Source: the human T2T-CHM13v2.0 reference genome, Homo sapiens
Assembly: GCF_009914755.1 (NCBI RefSeq)
Contig: NC_060929.1
Strand: one strand, 5' to 3'
Length of the DNA: 64,000 nt
Made by a program: the position numbers and the translations under genes. This document shows positions 27,601-42,080 of this stretch, one piece after another. A model generated the notes under the pieces. The model was not told the origin of the DNA and made no database searches. It was given only the letters and a program-made list of their open reading frames with translations. How positions within the stretch are numbered: position 1 is the stretch's first letter; the number at the start of each line of letters is the position of its first letter.

Positions 27601-30600
27601 CTCCTTTGTGATGTGTGCGTTCAACTCACAGAGTTTAACCTTTCTTTTCATAGAGCAGTTAGGAAACACTCTGTTTGTAAAGTCTGCAAGTGTATATTCA
27701 GACCTCTTTGAGGCCTTCGTTGGAAACGGGTTTTTTTCATATAAGGCTAGACAGAAGAATTCCCAGTAACTTCCTTGTGTTGTGTGTTTTTTAACTCACA
27801 GAGTTGAACTTTCATTTACACAGAGCAGATTTGAAACACTCTTTTTGTGGAATTTGCAAGTGGAGATTTCAAGCGCTTTGAGGCCAAAGGCAGAAAAGGA
27901 AATATCTTCGTATAAAAACTAGACAGAATCATTCTCAGAAACTGCTCTGCGATGTGTGCGTTCAACTCTCAGAGTTTAACTTTTCTTTTCATTCAGCAGT
28001 TTGGAAACACTCTGTTTGTACAGTCTGCACGTGGATATTTTGACCACTTAGAGGCCTTCGTTGGAAACGGGTTTTTTTCCTGTAAGGCTAGACAGAAGAA
28101 TTCCCAGTAACTTCCTTGTGTTGTGTACATTCAACTCACAGAGTTGAACGTTCCCTTAGACAGAGCAGATTTGAAACACTCTTTTTGTGCAATTGGCAAG
28201 TGGAGATTTCAAGCGCTTTAAGGTCAATGGCAGAAAAGGAAATATCTTCGTTTCAAAACTAGACAGAATCATTCCCACAAACTGCGTTGTGATGTGTTCG
28301 TTCAACTCACAGAGTTTACCCTTTCTTTTCTTAGAGCAGTTAGGAAACAGTCTGTTTGTAAATTCTGTAAGTGGTTATTCTGACATCTTGTGGCCTTCGT
28401 TGGAAACGGGATTTCTTCATATTCTGCTAGACAGAAGAATTCTCAGAATCTTCCTTGTGTTGTGTGTATTCAACTCACAGAGTTGAACGATCCTTTACAC
28501 AGAGCAGACTTGAAACACTCTTTTTGTGGAATTTGCAAGTGGAGATTTCAGCCGCTTTGAAGTCCATGGTAGAAAAGGAAATATCTTCGTATAAAAACTA
28601 GACAGAATGATTCTCAGAAACTTCTTTGTGATGTGTGCGTTCAACTCACAGAGTTTAACCTTTCTTTTCATAGAGCAGTTAGGAAACACTCTGTTTGTAA
28701 AGTCTGCAAGTGGATATTCAGACCTCTTTGAGGCCTTCGTTGGAAACGGGATTTCTTCATACTGTGCTAGACAGAAGAATTCTCATTAACTTCCTTGTGT
28801 TGTGTGTATTCAACTCACAGAGTTGAACGATCCTTTACACAGAGCGGACTTGAAACACTCTTTTTGTGGAATTTGCAAGTGGAGATTTCAGCCGCGTTGA
28901 GGTCAATGGTAGAAAAGGAAATCTCTTCGTATAAAAACTAGACAGAATGATTCTCAGAAACTCCTTTGAGATGTGTGCGCTCAACTCACAGAGTTTAACC
29001 TTTCTTTTCATAGAGCAGTTAGGAAACACTCTGTTTGTAAAGTCTGAAGGTGGATATTCAGACCTCTTTGAGGCCTTCATTGGAAATGGGTTTTTTCATA
29101 TAAGGCTAGACAGAAGAATTCCCAGTAACTTCCATGTGTTGTGTGTGTTCAACTCACAGAGTTGAACTTTCATTTACACAGAGCAGATTTGAAACACTCT
29201 TTTTGTGGAATTTGCAAATGGAGATTTCAAGCGCTTTGAGGCCAAAGGCAGAAAAGGAAATATCTTCGTATAAAAATTAGACAGAATCATTCTCAGAAAC
29301 TGCTCTGCGATGTGTGCGTTCAACTCTCAGAGTTTAACTTTTCTTTTCATTCAGCAGTTTGGAAACACTCTGTTTGTAAAGTCTGCACGTGGATAATTTG
29401 ACCACTTAGAGGCCTTCGTTGGAAACGGGTTTTTTTCATGTAAGGCTAGACAGAAGAATTCTCAGTAACTTCCTTGTGTTGTGTGTATTCAACTCACAGA
29501 GTTGAACGATCCTTTACACAGAGCAGACTTGTAACACTCTTTTTGTGGAATTTGCAAGTGGAGATTTCAGCCGCTTTGAAGTCAAAGGTAGAAAAGGAAA
29601 TATCTTCCTATAAACACTAGACAGAATGATTCTCAGAAACTCCTTTGTGATGTGTGCGTTCAACTCACAGAGTTTAACCTTTCTTTTCATAGAGCAGTTA
29701 GGAAACACTCTGTTTGTAAAGTCTGCAAGTGTATATTCAGACCTCTTTGAGGCCTTCGTTGGAAACGGGTTTTTTTCATATAAGGCTAGACAGAAGAATT
29801 CCCAGTAACTTCCTTGTGTTGTGTGTGTTCAACTCACAGAGTTGAACTTTCATTTACACAGAGCAGATTTGAAACACTCTTTTTGTGGAGTTTGCATGTG
29901 GAGATTTCAAGCGCTTTGAGGCCAAAGGCAGAAAAGGAAATATCTTCGTATAAAAACTAGACAGAATCATTCTCAGAAACTGCTCTGCGATGTGTGCGTT
30001 CAACTCTCAGAGTTTAACTTTTCTTTTCATTCAGCAGTTTGGAAACACTCTGTTTGTAAAGTCTGCACGTGGATATTTTGACCACTTAGAGGCCTTCGTT
30101 GGAAACGGGTTTCTTTCCTGTAAGGCTAGACAGAAGAATTCCCAGTAACTTCCTTGTGTTGTGTACATTCAACTCACAGAGTTGAACGTTCCCTTAGACA
30201 GAGCAGATTTGAAACACTCTTTTTGTGCAATTGGCAAGTGGAGATTTCAAGCGCTTTAAGGTCAATGGCAGAAAAGGAAATATCTTCGTTTCAAAACTAG
30301 ACAGAATCATTCCCACAAACTGCGTTGTGATGTGTTCGGTCAACTCACAGAGTTTAACCTTTCTTTTCATAGAGCAGTTAGGAAACAGTCTGTTTGTCAA
30401 TTCTGTAAGTGGATATTCTGACATCTTGTGGCCTTCGTTGGAAACGGGATTTCTTCATATTCTGCTAGACAGAAGAATTCTCAGAATCTTCCTTGTGTTG
30501 TGTGTATTCAACTCACAGAGTTGAACGATCCTTTACACAGAGCAGACTTGATGCACTCTTTTTGTGGAATTTGCAAGTGGAGATTTCAGCCGCTTTGAGG

Positions 30601-33600
30601 TCCATGGTAGAAAAGGAAATATCTTCGTATAAAAACTAGACAGAATGATTCTCAGAAACTTCTTTGTGATGTGTGCGTTCAACTCACAGAGTTTAACCTT
30701 TCTTTTCATAGAGCAGTTAGGAAACACTCCGTTTGTAAACTCTGCAAGTGGATATTCAGACCTCTTTGAGGCCTTCATTGGAAACGGGATTTCTCCATAC
30801 TATGCTAGACAGAAGAATTCTCAGTAACTTCCTTGTGTTGTGTGTATTCAACTCACAGAGTTGAACGATCCTTTACACAGAGCGGACTTGAAACACTCGT
30901 TTTGTGGAATTTGCAAGTGGAGATTTCAGCCGCGTTGAGGTCAATGGTAGAAAAGGAAATCTCTTCGTATAAAAACTAGACAGAATGATTCTCAGAAACT
31001 CCTTTGTGATGTGTGCGTTCAACTAACAGAGTTTAACCTTTCTTTTCATAGAGCAGTTAGGAAACACTCTGTTTGTAAAGTCTGCAAGTGGATATTCAGA
31101 CCTCTTTGAGGCCTTCGTTGGAAACGGGTTTTTTCATATAAGGCTAGACAGAAGAATTCCCAGTAACTTCCTTGTGTTGTGTGTTTTTTAAGTCACAGAG
31201 TTGAACTTTCATTTACACAGAGCAGATTTGAAACACTCTTTTTGTGGAATTTGCAAGTGGAGATTTCAAGTGCTTTGAGGCCAATGGCAGAAAAGGAAAT
31301 ATCTTCGTATAAAAACTAGACAGAATCATTCTCAGAAACTGCTCTGCGATGTGTGCGTTCAACTCTCAGAGTTTAACTTTTCTTTTCATTCAGCAGTTTG
31401 GAAACACTCTGTTTGTAAAGTCTGCACGTGGATATTTTGACCACTTAGAGGCCTTCGTTGGAAACGGGTTTTTTTCCCGTAAGGCTAGACAGAAGAATTC
31501 CCAGTAACTTCCTTGTGTTGTGTACATTCAACTCACAGAGTTGAACGTTCCCTTAGACAGAGCATATTTGAAACACTCTTTTTGTGCAATTGGCAAGTGG
31601 AGATTTCAAGCGCTTTAAGGTCAATGGCAGAAAAGGAAATATCTTCGTTTCAAAACTAGACAGAATCATTCCCACAAACTGCGTTGTGATGTGTTCGTTC
31701 AACTCACAGAGTTTAACCTTTCTTTTCATAGAGCAGTTAGGAAACAGTCTGTTTGTAAATTCTGTAAGTGGATATTCTGACATCTTGTGGCCTTCGTTGG
31801 AAACGGGATTTCTTCATATTCTGCTAGACAGAAGAATTCTCAGAATCTTCCTTGTGTTGTGTGTATTCAACTCACAGAGTTGAACGATCCTTTACACAGA
31901 GCAGACTTGATACAGTCTTTTTGTGGAATTTGCAAGTGGAGATTTCAGCCGCTTTGAGGTCCATGGTAGAAAAGGAAATATCTTCGTATAAAAACTAGAC
32001 AGAATGATTCTCAGAAACTTCTTTGTGATGTGTGCGTTCAACTCACAGAGTTTAACCTTTCTTTTCATAGAGCAGTTAGGAAACACTCTGTTTGTAAAGT
32101 CTGTAAGTGGATATACAGACCTCTTTGAGGCCTTCGTTGGAAACGGGATTTCTTCATACTATGCTAGACAGAAGAATTCTCAGTAACTTCCTTGTGTTGT
32201 GTGTATTCAACTCACAGAGTTGAACTATCCTTTACACAGAGCAGACTTGAAACACTCGTTTTGAGGAATTTGCAAGTGGAGATTTCAGCCGCTTTGAGGT
32301 CAATGGTAGAAAAGGAAATCTCTTCGTATAAAAACTAGACAGAATGATTCTCAGAAACTCCTTTGTGATGTGTGCGTTCAACTCACAGAGTTTAACCTTT
32401 CTTTTCATAGAGCAGTTAGGAAACACTCTGTTTGTAAAGTCTGCAAGTGGATATTCAGACCTCTTTGAGGCCTTCGTTGGAAACGGGTTTTTTTCATATA
32501 AGGCTAGACAGAAGAATTCCCAGTAACTTCCTTGTGTTGTGTGTGTTCAACTCACAGAGTTGAACTCTCATTTACACAGAGCAGATTTGAAACACTCTTT
32601 TTGTGGAATTTGCAAGTGGAGATTTCAAGTGCTTTGAGGCCAAAGGCAGAAAAGGAAATATCTTCGTATAAAAACTAGACAGAATCATTCTCAGAAACTG
32701 CTCTGCGATGTGTGCGTTCAACTCTCAGAGTTTAACTTTTCTTTTCATTCAGCAGTTTGGAAACACTCTGTTTGTACAGTCTGCACGTGGATATTTTGAC
32801 CACTTAGAGGCCTTCGTTGGAAACGGGTTTTTTTCCTGTAAGGCTAGACAGAAGAATTCCCAGTAACTTCCTTGTGTTGTGTACATTCAACTCACAGAGT
32901 TGAACGTTCCCTTAGACAGAGCAGATTTGAAACACTCTTTTTGTGCAATTGGCAAGTGGAGATTTCAAGCGCTTTAAGGTCAATGGCAGAAAAGGAAATA
33001 TCTTCGTTTCAAAACTAGACAGAATCATTCCCACAAACTGCGTTGTGATGTGTTCGTTCAACTCACAGAGTTTACCCTTTCTTTTCTTAGAGCAGTTAGG
33101 AAACAGTCTGTTTGTAAATTCTGTAAGTGGTTATTCTGACATCTTGTGGCCTTCGTTGGAAACGGGATTTCTTCATATTCTGCTAGACAGAAGAATTCTC
33201 AGAATCTTCCTTGTGTTGTGTGTATTCAACTCACAGAGTTGAACGATCCTTTACACAGAGCAGACTTGAAACACTCTTTTTGTGGAATTTGCAAGTGGAG
33301 ATTTCAGCCGCTTTGAAGTCCATGGTAGAAAAGGAAATATCTTCGTATAAAAACTAGACAGAATGATTCTCAGAAACTTCTTTGTGATGTGTGCGTTCAA
33401 CTCACAGAGTTTAACCTTTCTTTTCATAGAGCAGTTAGGAAACACTCTGTTTGTAAAGTCTGCAAGTGGATATTCAGACCTCTTTGAGGCCTTCGTTGGA
33501 AACGGGATTTCTTCATACTGTGCTAGACAGAAGAATTCTCATTAACTTCCTTGTGTTGTGTGTATTCAACTCACAGAGTTGAACGATCCTTTACACAGAG

Positions 33601-36600
33601 CGGACTTGAAACACTCTTTTTGTGGAATTTGCAAGTGGAGATTTCAGCCGCGTTGAGGTCAATGGTAGAAAAGGAAATCTCTTCGTATAAAAACTAGACA
33701 GAATGATTCTCAGAAACTCCTTTGAGATGTGTGCGCTCAACTCACAGAGTTTAACCTTTCTTTTCATAGAGCAGTTAGGAAACACTCTGTTTGTAAAGTC
33801 TGAAGGTGGATATTCAGACCTCTTTGAGGCCTTCATTGGAAATGGGTTTTTTCATATAAGGCTAGACAGAAGAATTCCCAGTAACTTCCTTGTGTTGTGT
33901 GTGTTCAACTCACAGAGTTGAACTTTCATTTACACAGAGCAGATTTGAAACACTCTTTTTGTGGAATTTGCAAATGGAGATTTCAAGCGGTTTGAGGCCA
34001 AAGGCAGAAAAGGAAATATCTTCGTATAAAAACTAGACAGAATCATTCTCAGAAACTGCTCTGCGATGTGTGCGTTCAACTCTCAGAGTTTAACTTTTCT
34101 TTTCATTCAGCAGTTTGGAAACACTCTGTTTGTAAAGTCTGCACGTGGATAATTTGACCACTTAGAGGCCTTCGTTGGAAACGGGTTTTTTTCATGTAAG
34201 GCTAGACAGAAGAATTCTCAGTAACTTCCTTGTGTTGTGTGTATTCAACTCACAGAGTTGAACGATCCTTTACACAGAGCAGACTTGTAACACTCTTTTT
34301 GTGGAATTTGCAAGTGGAGATTTCAGCCGCTTTGAAGTCAAAGGTAGAAAAGGAAATATCTTCCTATAAACACTAGACAGAATGATTCTCAGAAACTCCT
34401 TTGTGATGTGTGCGTTCAACTCACAGAGTTTAACCTTTCTTTTCATAGAGCAGTTAGGAAACACTCTGTTTGTAAAGTCTGCAAGTGTATATTCAGACCT
34501 CTTTGAGGCCTTCGTTGGAAACGGGTTTTTTTCATATAAGGCTAGACAGAAGAATTCCCAGTAACTTCCTTGTGTTGTGTGTGTTCAACTCACAGAGTTG
34601 AACTTTCATTTACACAGAGCAGATTTGAAACACTCTTTTTGTGGAGTTTGCATGTGGAGATTTCAAGCGCTTTGAGGCCAAAGGCAGAAAAGGAAATATC
34701 TTCGTATAAAAACTAGACAGAATCATTCTCAGAAACTGCTCTGCGATGTGTGCGTTCAACTCTCAGAGTTTAACTTTTCTTTTCATTCAGCAGTTTGGAA
34801 ACACTCTGTTTGTAAAGTCTGCACGTGGATATTTTGACCACTTAGAGGCCTTCGTTGGAAACGGGTTTCTTTCCTGTAAGGCTAGACAGAAGAATTCCCA
34901 GTAACTTCCTTGTGTTGTGTACATTCAACTCACAGAGTTGAACGTTCCCTTAGACAGAGCAGATTTGAAACACTCTTTTTGTGCAATTGGCAAGTGGAGA
35001 TTTCAAGCGCTTTAAGGTCAATGGCAGAAAAGGAAATATCTTCGTTTCAAAACTAGACAGAATCATTCCCACAAACTGCGTTGTGATGTGTTCGGTCAAC
35101 TCACAGAGTTTAACCTTTCTTTTCATAGAGCAGTTAGGAAACAGTCTGTTTGTCAATTCTGTAAGTGGATATTCTGACATCTTGTGGCCTTCGTTGGAAA
35201 CGGGATTTCTTCATATTCTGCTAGACAGAAGAATTCTCAGAATCTTCCTTGTGTTGTGTGTATTCAACTCACAGAGTTGAACGATCCTTTACACAGAGCA
35301 GACTTGATGCACTCTTTTTGTGGAATTTGCAAGTGGAGATTTCAGCCGCTTTGAGGTCCATGGTAGAAAAGGAAATATCTTCGTATAAAAACTAGACAGA
35401 ATGATTCTCAGAAACTTCTTTGTGATGTGTGCGTTCAACTCACAGAGTTTAACCTTTCTTTTCATAGAGCAGTTAGGAAACACTCCGTTTGTAAACTCTG
35501 CAAGTGGATATTCAGACCTCTTTGAGGCCTTCATTGGAAACGGGATTTCTCCATACTATGCTAGACAGAAGAATTCTCAGTAACTTCCTTGTGTTGTGTG
35601 TATTCAACTCACAGAGTTGAACGATCCTTTACACAGAGCGGACTTGAAACACTCGTTTTGTGGAATTTGCAAGTGGAGATTTCAGCCGCGTTGAGGTCAA
35701 TGGTAGAAAAGGAAATCTCTTCGTATAAAAACTAGACAGAATGATTCTCAGAAACTCCTTTGTGATGTGTGCGTTCAACTAACAGAGTTTAACCTTTCTT
35801 TTCATAGAGCAGTTAGGAAACACTCTGTTTGTAAAGTCTGCAAGTGGATATTCAGACCTCTTTGAGGCCTTCGTTGGAAACGGGTTTTTTCATATAAGGC
35901 TAGACAGAAGAATTCCCAGTAACTTCCTTGTGTTGTGTGTTTTTTAAGTCACAGAGTTGAACTTTCATTTACACAGAGCAGATTTGAAACACTCTTTTTG
36001 TGGAATTTGCAAGTGGAGATTTCAAGTGCTTTGAGGCCAATGGCAGAAAAGGAAATATCTTCGTATAAAAACTAGACAGAATCATTCTCAGAAACTGCTC
36101 TGCGATGTGTGCGTTCAACTCTCAGAGTTTAACTTTTCTTTTCATTCAGCAGTTTGGAAACACTCTGTTTGTAAAGTCTGCACGTGGATATTTTGACCAC
36201 TTAGAGGCCTTCGTTGGAAACGGGTTTTTTTCCCGTAAGGCTAGACAGAAGAATTCCCAGTAACTTCCTTGTGTTGTGTACATTCAACTCACAGAGTTGA
36301 ACGTTCCCTTAGACAGAGCAGATTTGAAACACTCTTTTTGTGCAATTGGCAAGTGGAGATTTCAAGCGCTTTAAGGTCAATGGCAGAAAAGGAAATATCT
36401 TCGTTTCAAAACTAGACAGAATCATTCCCACAAACTGCGTTGTGATGTGTTCGTTCAACTCACAGAGTTTAACCTTTCTTTTCATAGAGCAGTTAGGAAA
36501 CAGTCTGTTTGTAAATTCTGTAAGTGGATATTCTGACATCTTGTGGCCTTCGTTGGAAACGGGATTTCTTCATATTCTGCTAGACAGAAGAATTCTCAGA

Positions 36601-39600
36601 ATCTTCCTTGTGTTGTGTGTATTCAACTCACAGAGTTGAACGATCCTTTACACAGAGCAGACTTGATACAGTCTTTTTGTGGAATTTGCAAGTGGAGATT
36701 TCAGCCGCTTTGAGGTCCATGGTAGAAAAGGAAATATCTTCGTATAAAAACTAGACAGAATGATTCTCAGAAACTTCTTTGTGATGTGTGCGTTCAACTC
36801 ACAGAGTTTAACCTTTCTTTTCATAGAGCAGTTAGGAAACACTCTGTTTGTAAAGTCTGTAAGTGGATATACAGACCTCTTTGAGGCCTTCGTTGGAAAC
36901 GGGATTTCTTCATACTATGCTAGACAGAAGAATTCTCAGTAACTTCCTTGTGTTGTGTGTATTCAACTCACAGAGTTGAACTATCCTTTACACAGAGCAG
37001 ACTTGAAACACTCGTTTTGAGGAATTTGCAAGTGGAGATTTCAGCCGCTTTGAGGTCAATGGTAGAAAAGGAAATCTCTTCGTATAAAAACTAGACAGAA
37101 TGATTCTCAGAAACTCCTTTGTGATGTGTGCGTTCAACTCACAGAGTTTAACCTTTCTTTTCATAGAGCAGTTAGGAAACACTCTGTTTGTAAAGTCTGC
37201 AAGTGGATATTCAGACCTCTTTGAGGCCTTCGTTGGAAACGGGTTTTTTTCATATAAGGCTAGACAGAAGAATTCCCAGTAACTTCCTTGTGTTGTGTGT
37301 GTTCAACTCACAGAGTTGAACTCTCATTTACACAGAGCAGATTTGAAACACTCTTTTTGTGGAATTTGCAAGTGGAGATTTCAAGTGCTTTGAGGCCAAA
37401 GGCAGAAAAGGAAATATCTTCGTATAAAAACTAGACAGAATCATTCTCAGAAACTGCTCTGCGATGTGTGCGTTCAACTCTCAGAGTTTAACTTTTCTTT
37501 TCATTCAGCAGTTTGGAAACACTCTGTTTGTAAAGTCTGCACGTGGATATTTTGACCACTTAGAGGCCTTCGTTGGAAACGGGTTTTTTTCCTGTAAGGC
37601 TAGACAGAAGAATTCCCAGTAACTTCCTTGTGTTGTGTACATTCAACTCACAGAGTTGAACGTTCCCTTAGACAGAGCAGATTTGAAACACTCTTTGTGC
37701 AATTGGCAAGTGGAGATTTCAAGCGCTTTAAGGTCAATGGCAGAAAAGGAAATATCTTCGTTTCAAAACTAGACAGAATCATTCCCTCAAACTGCGTTGT
37801 GATGTGTTCGTTCAACTCACAGAGTTTAACCTTTCTTTTCATAGAGCAGTTAGGAAACAGTCTGTTTGTAAATTCTGTAAGTGGATATTCTGACATCTTG
37901 TGGCCTTCGTTGGAAACGGGATTTCTTCATATTCTGCTAGACAGAAGAATTCTCAGAATCTTCCTTGTGTTGTGTGTATTCAACTCACAGAGTTGAACGA
38001 TCCTTTACACAGAGCAGACTTGATACAGTCTTTTTGTGGAATTTGCAAGTGGAGATTTCAGCCGCTTTGAGGTCCATGGTAGAAAAGGAAATATCTTCGT
38101 ATAAAAACTAGACAGAATGATTCTCAGAAACTTCTTTGTGATGTGTGCGTTCAACTCACAGAGTTTAACCTTTCTTTTCATAGAGCAGTTAGGAAACACT
38201 CTGTTTGTAAAGTCTGTAAGTGGATATACAGACCTCTTTGAGGCCTTCGTTGGAAACGGGATTTCTTCATACTATGCTAGACAGAAGAATTCTCAGTAAC
38301 TTCCTTGTGTTGTGTGTATTCAACTCACAGAGTTGAACTATCCTTTACACAGAGCAGACTTGAAACACTCGTTTTGAGGAATTTGCAAGTGGAGATTTCA
38401 GCCGCTTTGAGGTCAATGGTAGAAAAGGAAATCTCTTCGTATAAAAACTAGACAGAATGATTCTCAGAAACTCCTTTGTGATGTGTGCGTTCAACTCACA
38501 GAGTTTAACCTTTCTTTTCATAGAGCAGTTAGGAAACACTCTGTTTGTAAAGTCTGCAAGTGGATATTCAGACCTCTTTGAGGCCTTCGTTGGAAACGGG
38601 TTTTTTTCATATAAGGCTAGACAGAAGAATTCCCAGTAACTTCCTTGTGTTGTGTGTGTTCAACTCACAGAGTTGAACTCTCATTTACACAGAGCAGATT
38701 TGAAACACTCTTTTTGTGGAATTTCCAAGTGGAGATTTCAAGTGCTTTGAGGCCAAAGGCAGAAAAGGAAATATCTTCGTATAAAAACTAGACAGAATCA
38801 TTCTCAGAAACTGCTCTGCGATGTGTGCGTTCAACTCTCAGAGTTTAACTTTTCTTTTCATTCAGCAGTTTGGAAACACTCTGTTTGTAAAGTCTGCACG
38901 TGGATATTTTGACCACTTAGAGGCCTTCGTTGGAAACGGTTTTTTTTCCTGTAAGGCTAGACAGAAGAATTCCCAGTAACTTCCTTGTGTTGTGTACATT
39001 CAACTCACAGAGTTGAACGTTCCCTTAGACAGAGCAGATTTGAAACACTCTTTGTGCAATTGGCAAGTGGAGATTTCAAGCGCTTTAAGGTCAATGGCAG
39101 AAAAGGAAATATCTTCGTTTCAAAACTAGACAGAATCATTCCCTCAAACTGCGTTGTGATGTGTTCGTTCAACTCACAGAGTTTAACCTTTCTTTTCATA
39201 GAGCAGTTAGGAAACAGTCTGTTTGTAAATTCTGTAAGTGGATATTCTGACATCTTGTGGCCTTCGTTGGAAACGGGATTTCTTCATATTCTGCTAGACA
39301 GAAGAATTCTCAGAATCTTCCTTGTGTTGTGTGTATTCAACTCACAGAGTTGAACGATCCTTTACACAGAGCAGACATGAAACACTCTTTTTGTGGAATT
39401 TGCAAGTGGAGATTTCAGCCGCTTTGAGGTCCATGGTAGAAAAGGAAATATCTTCGAATAAAAACTAGACAGAATGATTCTCAGAAACTTCTTTGTGATG
39501 TGTGCGTTCAACTCACAGAGTTTAACCTTTCTTTTCATAGAGCAGTTAGGAAACACTCTGTTTGTAAACTCTGCAAGTGGACATTCAGACCTCTTTGAGG

Positions 39601-41062
39601 CCTTCGTTGGAAACGGGATTTCTTCATACTGTGCTAGACAGAAGAATTCTCATTAACTTCCTTGTGTTGTGTGTATTCAACTCACAGAGTTGAACGATCC
39701 TTTACACAGAGCGGACTTGAAACACTCTTTTTGTGGAATTTGCAAGTGGAGATTTCAGCCGCGTTGAGGTCAATGGTAGAAAAGGAAATCTCTTCGTATA
39801 AAAACTAGACAGAATGATTCTCAGAAACTCCTTTGAGATGTGTGCGCTCAACTCACAGAGTTTAACCTTTCTTTTCATAGAGCAGTTAGGAAACACTCTG
39901 TTTGTAAAGTCTGCAAGTGGATATTCAGACCTCTTTGAGGCCTTCGTTGGAAACGGGTTTTTTTCAAATAAGGCTAGACAGAAGAATTCCCAGTAACTTC
40001 CATGTGTTGTGTGTGTTCAACTCACAGAGTTGAACTTTCATTTACACAGAGTAGATTTGAAACACTCTTTTTGTGGAATTTGCAAATGGAGATTTCAAAC
40101 TCTTTGAGGCCAAAGGCAGAAAAGGAAATATCTTCGTATAAAAACTAGACAGAATCATTCTCAGAAACTGCTCTGCGATGTGTGCGTTCAACTCTCAGAG
40201 TTTAACTTTTCTTTTCATTCAGCAGTTTGGAAACACTCTGTTTGTAAAGTCTGCACGTGGATAATTTCACCACTTAGAGGTCTTCGTTGGAAACGGGTTT
40301 TTTTCATGTAAGGATAGACAGAAGAATTCTCAGTAACTTCCTTGTGTTGTGTGTATTCAACTCACAGAGTTGAACGATCCTTTACACAGAGCAGACTTGT
40401 AACACTCTTTTTGTGGAATTTGCAAGTGGAGATTTCAGCCGCTTTGAAGTCAAAGGTAGAAAAGGAAATATCTTCCTATAAACACTAGACAGAATGATTC
40501 TCAGAAACTCCTTTGTGATGTGTGCGTTCAACTCACAGAGTTTAACCTTTCTTTTCATAGAGCAGTTAGGAAACACTCTGTTTGTAAAGTCTGCAAGTGG
40601 ATATTCAGACCTCTTTGAGGCCTTCGTTGGAAACGGGTTTTTTTCATATAAGGCTAGACAGAAGAATTCCCAGTAACTTCCTTGTGTTGTGTGTTTTTTA
40701 ACTCACAGAGTTGAACTTTCATTTACACAGAGCAGATTTGAAACACTCTTTTTGTGGAATTTGCAAGTGGAGATTTCAAGCGCTTTGAGGCCAAAGGCAG
40801 AAAAGGAAATATCTTCGTATAAAAACTAGACAGAATCATTCTCAGAAACTGCTCTGCGATGTGTGCGTTCAACTCTCAGAGTTTAACTTTTCTTTTCATT
40901 CAGCAGTTTGGAAACACTCTGTTTGTAAAGTCTGCACGTGGATATTTTGACCACTTAGAGGCCTTCGTTGGAAACGGGTTTTTTTCCTGTAAGGCTAGAC
41001 AGAAGAATTCCCAGTAACTTCCTTGTGTTGTGTACATTCAACTCACAGAGTTGAACGTTCCC

Positions 41063-42080
41063 TTAGACAGAGCAGATTTGAAACACTCTTTTTGTGCAAT
41101 TGGCAAGTGGAGATTTCAAGCGCTTTAAGGTCAATGGCAGAAAAGGAAATATCTTCGTTTCAAAACTAGACAGAATCATTCCCACAAACTGCGTTGTGAT
41201 GTGTTCGTTCAACTCACAGAGTTTACCCTTTCTTTTCTTAGAGCAGTTAGGAAACAGTCTGTTTGTAAATTCTGTAAGTGGTTATTCTGACATCTTGTGG
41301 CCTTCGTTGGAAACGGGATTTCTTCATATTCTGCTAGACAGAAGAATTCTCAGAATCTTCCTTGTGTTGTGTGTATTCAACTCACAGAGTTGAACGATCC
41401 TTTACACAGAGCAGACTTGAAACACTCCTTTTGTGGAATTTGCAAGTGGAGATTTCAGCCGCTTTGAAGTCCATGGTAGAAAAGGAAATATCTTCGTATA
41501 AAAACTAGACAGAATGATTCTCAGAAACTTCTTTGTGATGTGTGCGTTCAACTCACAGAGTTTAACCTTTCTTTTCATAGAGCAGTTAGGAAACACTCTG
41601 TTTGTAAAGTCTGCAAGTGGATATTCAGACCTCTTTGAGGCCTTCGTTGGAAACGGGATTTCTTCATACTGTGCTAGACAGAAGAATTCTCATTAACTTC
41701 CTTGTGTTGTGTGTATTCAACTCACAGAGTTGAACGATCCTTTACACAGAGCGGACTTGAAACACTCTTTTTGTGGAATTTGCAAGTGGAGATTTCAGCC
41801 GCGTTGAGGTCAATGGTAGAAAAGGAAATCTCTTCGTATAAAAACTAGACAGAATGATTCTCAGAAACTCCTTTGAGATGTGTGCGCTCAACTCACAGAG
41901 TTTAACCTTTCTTTTCATAGAGCAGTTAGGAAACACTCTGTTTGTAAAGTCTGAAGGTGGATATTCAGACCTCTTTGAGGCCTTCGTTGGAAATGGGTTT
42001 TTTCATATAAGGCTAGACAGAAGAATTCCCAGTAACTTCCTTGTGTTGTGTGTGTTCAACTCACAGAGTTGAACTTTCAT
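41063..42080 (+). repeat. 6-mer HOR variant (A-B-B, 1018 bp; truncated W)
   Basis: A-dimer ORFs start at 41094 and 42112, with no C-dimer body between them. Confidence 0.88.

Noticed and set aside
38925-38947. Singleton CENP-B box variant CGGG>CGGT
   Set aside because: It is a single copy at a G/T homopolymer border and is absent from the 8490-bp duplicate, so it may be a sequencing or consensus error.
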